Positions 61,670 to 64,000 of a stretch of DNA of 64,000 nt are shown one piece after another. The DNA comes from Nemertoderma westbladi (lineage: Eukaryota > Animalia > Xenacoelomorpha), in assembly GCA_032718475.1 (NCBI GenBank), contig JAUCBJ010001486.1, positions 1 through 64,000 on the forward strand, read 5' to 3'. Both the position numbers and the translations under genes were made by a program. Numbering within the stretch: the stretch's first letter is position 1; each line of letters begins with the position of its first letter. The notes under the pieces are model-generated. The model was given only the letters and a program-made list of their open reading frames with translations. It was not told the origin of the DNA and did no database searches.

Positions 61670-62200
61670 TAGTAACAAGAAAGCACAAAACCATGATAAG
61701 ATTTTTGCTGTGGGGGTTTTCCTGGTCGCTGATTTCATTACTGAGGTCAGTTTTCACTTTTAATGAAATCTAGTGTGTATGTATGTCTGTCTGTCGGTCT
61801 TTCAGACTATCCGACTATCTGCCTGTCAAATATAAGAAAAAGGCACACCATTTAGCTAAAAGTTTAGCTATAGGGGTTTCCCTGGTCGCAGAATTCATTT
61901 CGAGTGTCAATTTTAACATTTGATGACTTCCAAATTGTCTGTTTGGCTGTCAGACTGTCGGTTATATTTTGACAGACAGACTGACAGGCATACAGACAGA
62001 ACCGACAGGCCAAATTTGATTATGACATCAGAAATGAAGTCACCGACCACGAAAACCCTTACAGGGAATTTTTTAGACAGATAGTATGCTTTTTATTGAC
62101 GGACAGACATACTGACGGACAAACCGACAGTAAAACGGACAGGCAGCCATATCTCGAGAAGTAAGACAGATCTTGCTAAACGGTTTTCAAATTTGGAATC
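61670..62200. mobile_element. Degenerate interspersed repeat with GTCT/GACA microsatellite-like tracts (possibly HINE/Helentron-like)
   Basis: GGGGTTTTCCTGGTCGCTGA motifs and GACAGAC tracts; related motifs at 63170-63500. Confidence 0.4.
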
Positions 62201-62263
62201 TTGATAAAAATCTGCTCTAGATGAAATAAAAAAAATTTTGCAAAAAATTATTGAAGTAGCGCT

Positions 62264-62295
<32 letters not shown>

Positions 62296-64000
62296 TTATT
62301 GAAATTAAAGTCAATTCCGATGAGGCCATATCTTAGATGTAATAGACATACAGTAGACACCCAAATTTAACTCTATATAAATGACCTAAATGTATAAAAT
62401 CAACCGAAATTTCTGAAAAATCAGCAGAACGAATTTTGTGCCTTCCTGCATGATGTTGCATTTGTGCAACGGTCAGTTTTTCAGGTCTGCACGCCTCTAA
62501 CAGATATTATATGGAAAGTTAAGGTTATTTTATGAAAAAATACATATTTTATTATTATTATAGTAACTATATTATTGTAGTAACTTTCTACAGGAAGATA
62601 ACTTTGTTGAAATTCAGGAAATTTACAATTAAGGATATACAATATTTGAATTACATCACTGAATTACCAGCTGGACTAAATATGTCAAGTGACCAATCAA
62701 ATGAAAGCTTAATATACCCTCTTTCTCACTGCTTGATCCTCATTGGCTGTTTTCCTACTTAGGAGAAATAAGAACAGGAAATGTTAGTATACCAGTGCAA
62801 CACTATGCAGCAAAGGGTTAAAGATGCACAACAAATTTCATTGATTTATAATTACTTAATAGGCCTATTATTATTTAGGTATTTTATATTATCACTTTAT
62901 ATAATAAATACTGTACTTTTTATTACTATCAGGTACTTATTACAGTATTATGTTATTACATTATTATTTATTATTACGATTGCCGACCAAATATTCCCCA
63001 CTCTCAGAAAACACATCAATGGTACTGATGGGCTCTTCATTAATTAAATAGATTAAGTAATAACTTTGATTTTGAAATGGAAATTTTGAATGTGCCCTCT
63101 TAAAGTGAGGCACGAAAAAACAAGTAGTGGAAATATGTAATGAAAAATCACGACAAAATCAAATTGATTTTATGACCATGTGGGTTTTTTGGGATGCTGA
63201 TCACGAATATGAAACTGAAATTTATTATACCTTTTCAATTAGAGCATTTTTGGATATGTGTCAATGTGCGGCACGACAAATACATGTTAGCACAAATTTG
63301 ATAATCAAAAATCATTTCCAAATCAATTTGATTTTAAGACATTATGGGTTGTCTGTGACGCTGACTACGAATATGACACTCAGAAATATCGTATTATCCA
63401 ACCAAGTTCACTTTTCTTCCCCTGGGGGACAAAAATAGCACCAAAAATGATGGTTATATTGCCAGAAAGTATTTTTTATATGTTCTGACGTGATCAGCGA
63501 CCTCGAAAACCCTTATACCATCGAAATTATAATTTTTGAGCCAAGATCCAAAAAATTTCAAAATGACCCCTCCCCCGGGCCAATTACGTTGTAAAATCGC
63601 CCAGGACAGATAAAGAGATAGTGTTAATGGATAGCCTTGGATTGCGACCATCTGACCATGCATATATAATCAACCTTTGTTGAGTATGTCTTTGAACAAT
63701 GTACTTCAAGTTGGCGAGTCATAAACACCAAATGACTCTGGTGTTTCGAATTCCCAGAGTCAACGACCTTCCAAATAAGTGAATCCGGTCCTGGAGACTG
63801 GAGGTACCCTATAGCGGCGACCATAGCTATTGCGACCAACGGAACAGTTGGTTAAAATATATTTGGTCCCAGGCAATGACGCAACGACAAACGATCACCA
63901 TCGGAATTGTCTACGGAAACATAAATATCGGAACATAGTCTGATAGTACAGTAGTAGTGCCATCAAGTGAATGTTTACATGATCGATGTATTTTTCCTCA

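Overview
AT-rich animal (invertebrate-type) genomic DNA dominated by nested transposable elements and satellites. Three host genes are visible. (1) The last five exons of a nicotinic-receptor-like pentameric ligand-gated ion channel (+, 2118-36725; two ~16 kb introns filled with TEs). It lacks both Cys-loop cysteines and the aromatic ligand-box residues. (2) An intronless BRMS1/BRMS1L (Sds3 family) gene (-). (3) A six-finger C2H2 gene (-). Mobile elements include a 14.2 kb BEL/Pao-type LTR element, a young CsRn1-type Gypsy element, two RTE families, an APE-RT LINE with a 57-bp target duplication, a Foldback/MULE-like element holding a CRE-like fragment, several MITEs, and a Penelope-like foldback with a minimal hammerhead ribozyme. 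The BEL/Pao element encodes only Gag-protease plus an extra zinc-knuckle ORF. It has no tRNA primer-binding site; instead the 12 nt next to its LTR are complementary to a site inside the LTR, a possible Tf1-like self-priming signal. The Gypsy element has a -1 frameshift pseudoknot. All calls come from reading the sequence by eye; no database searches were run.
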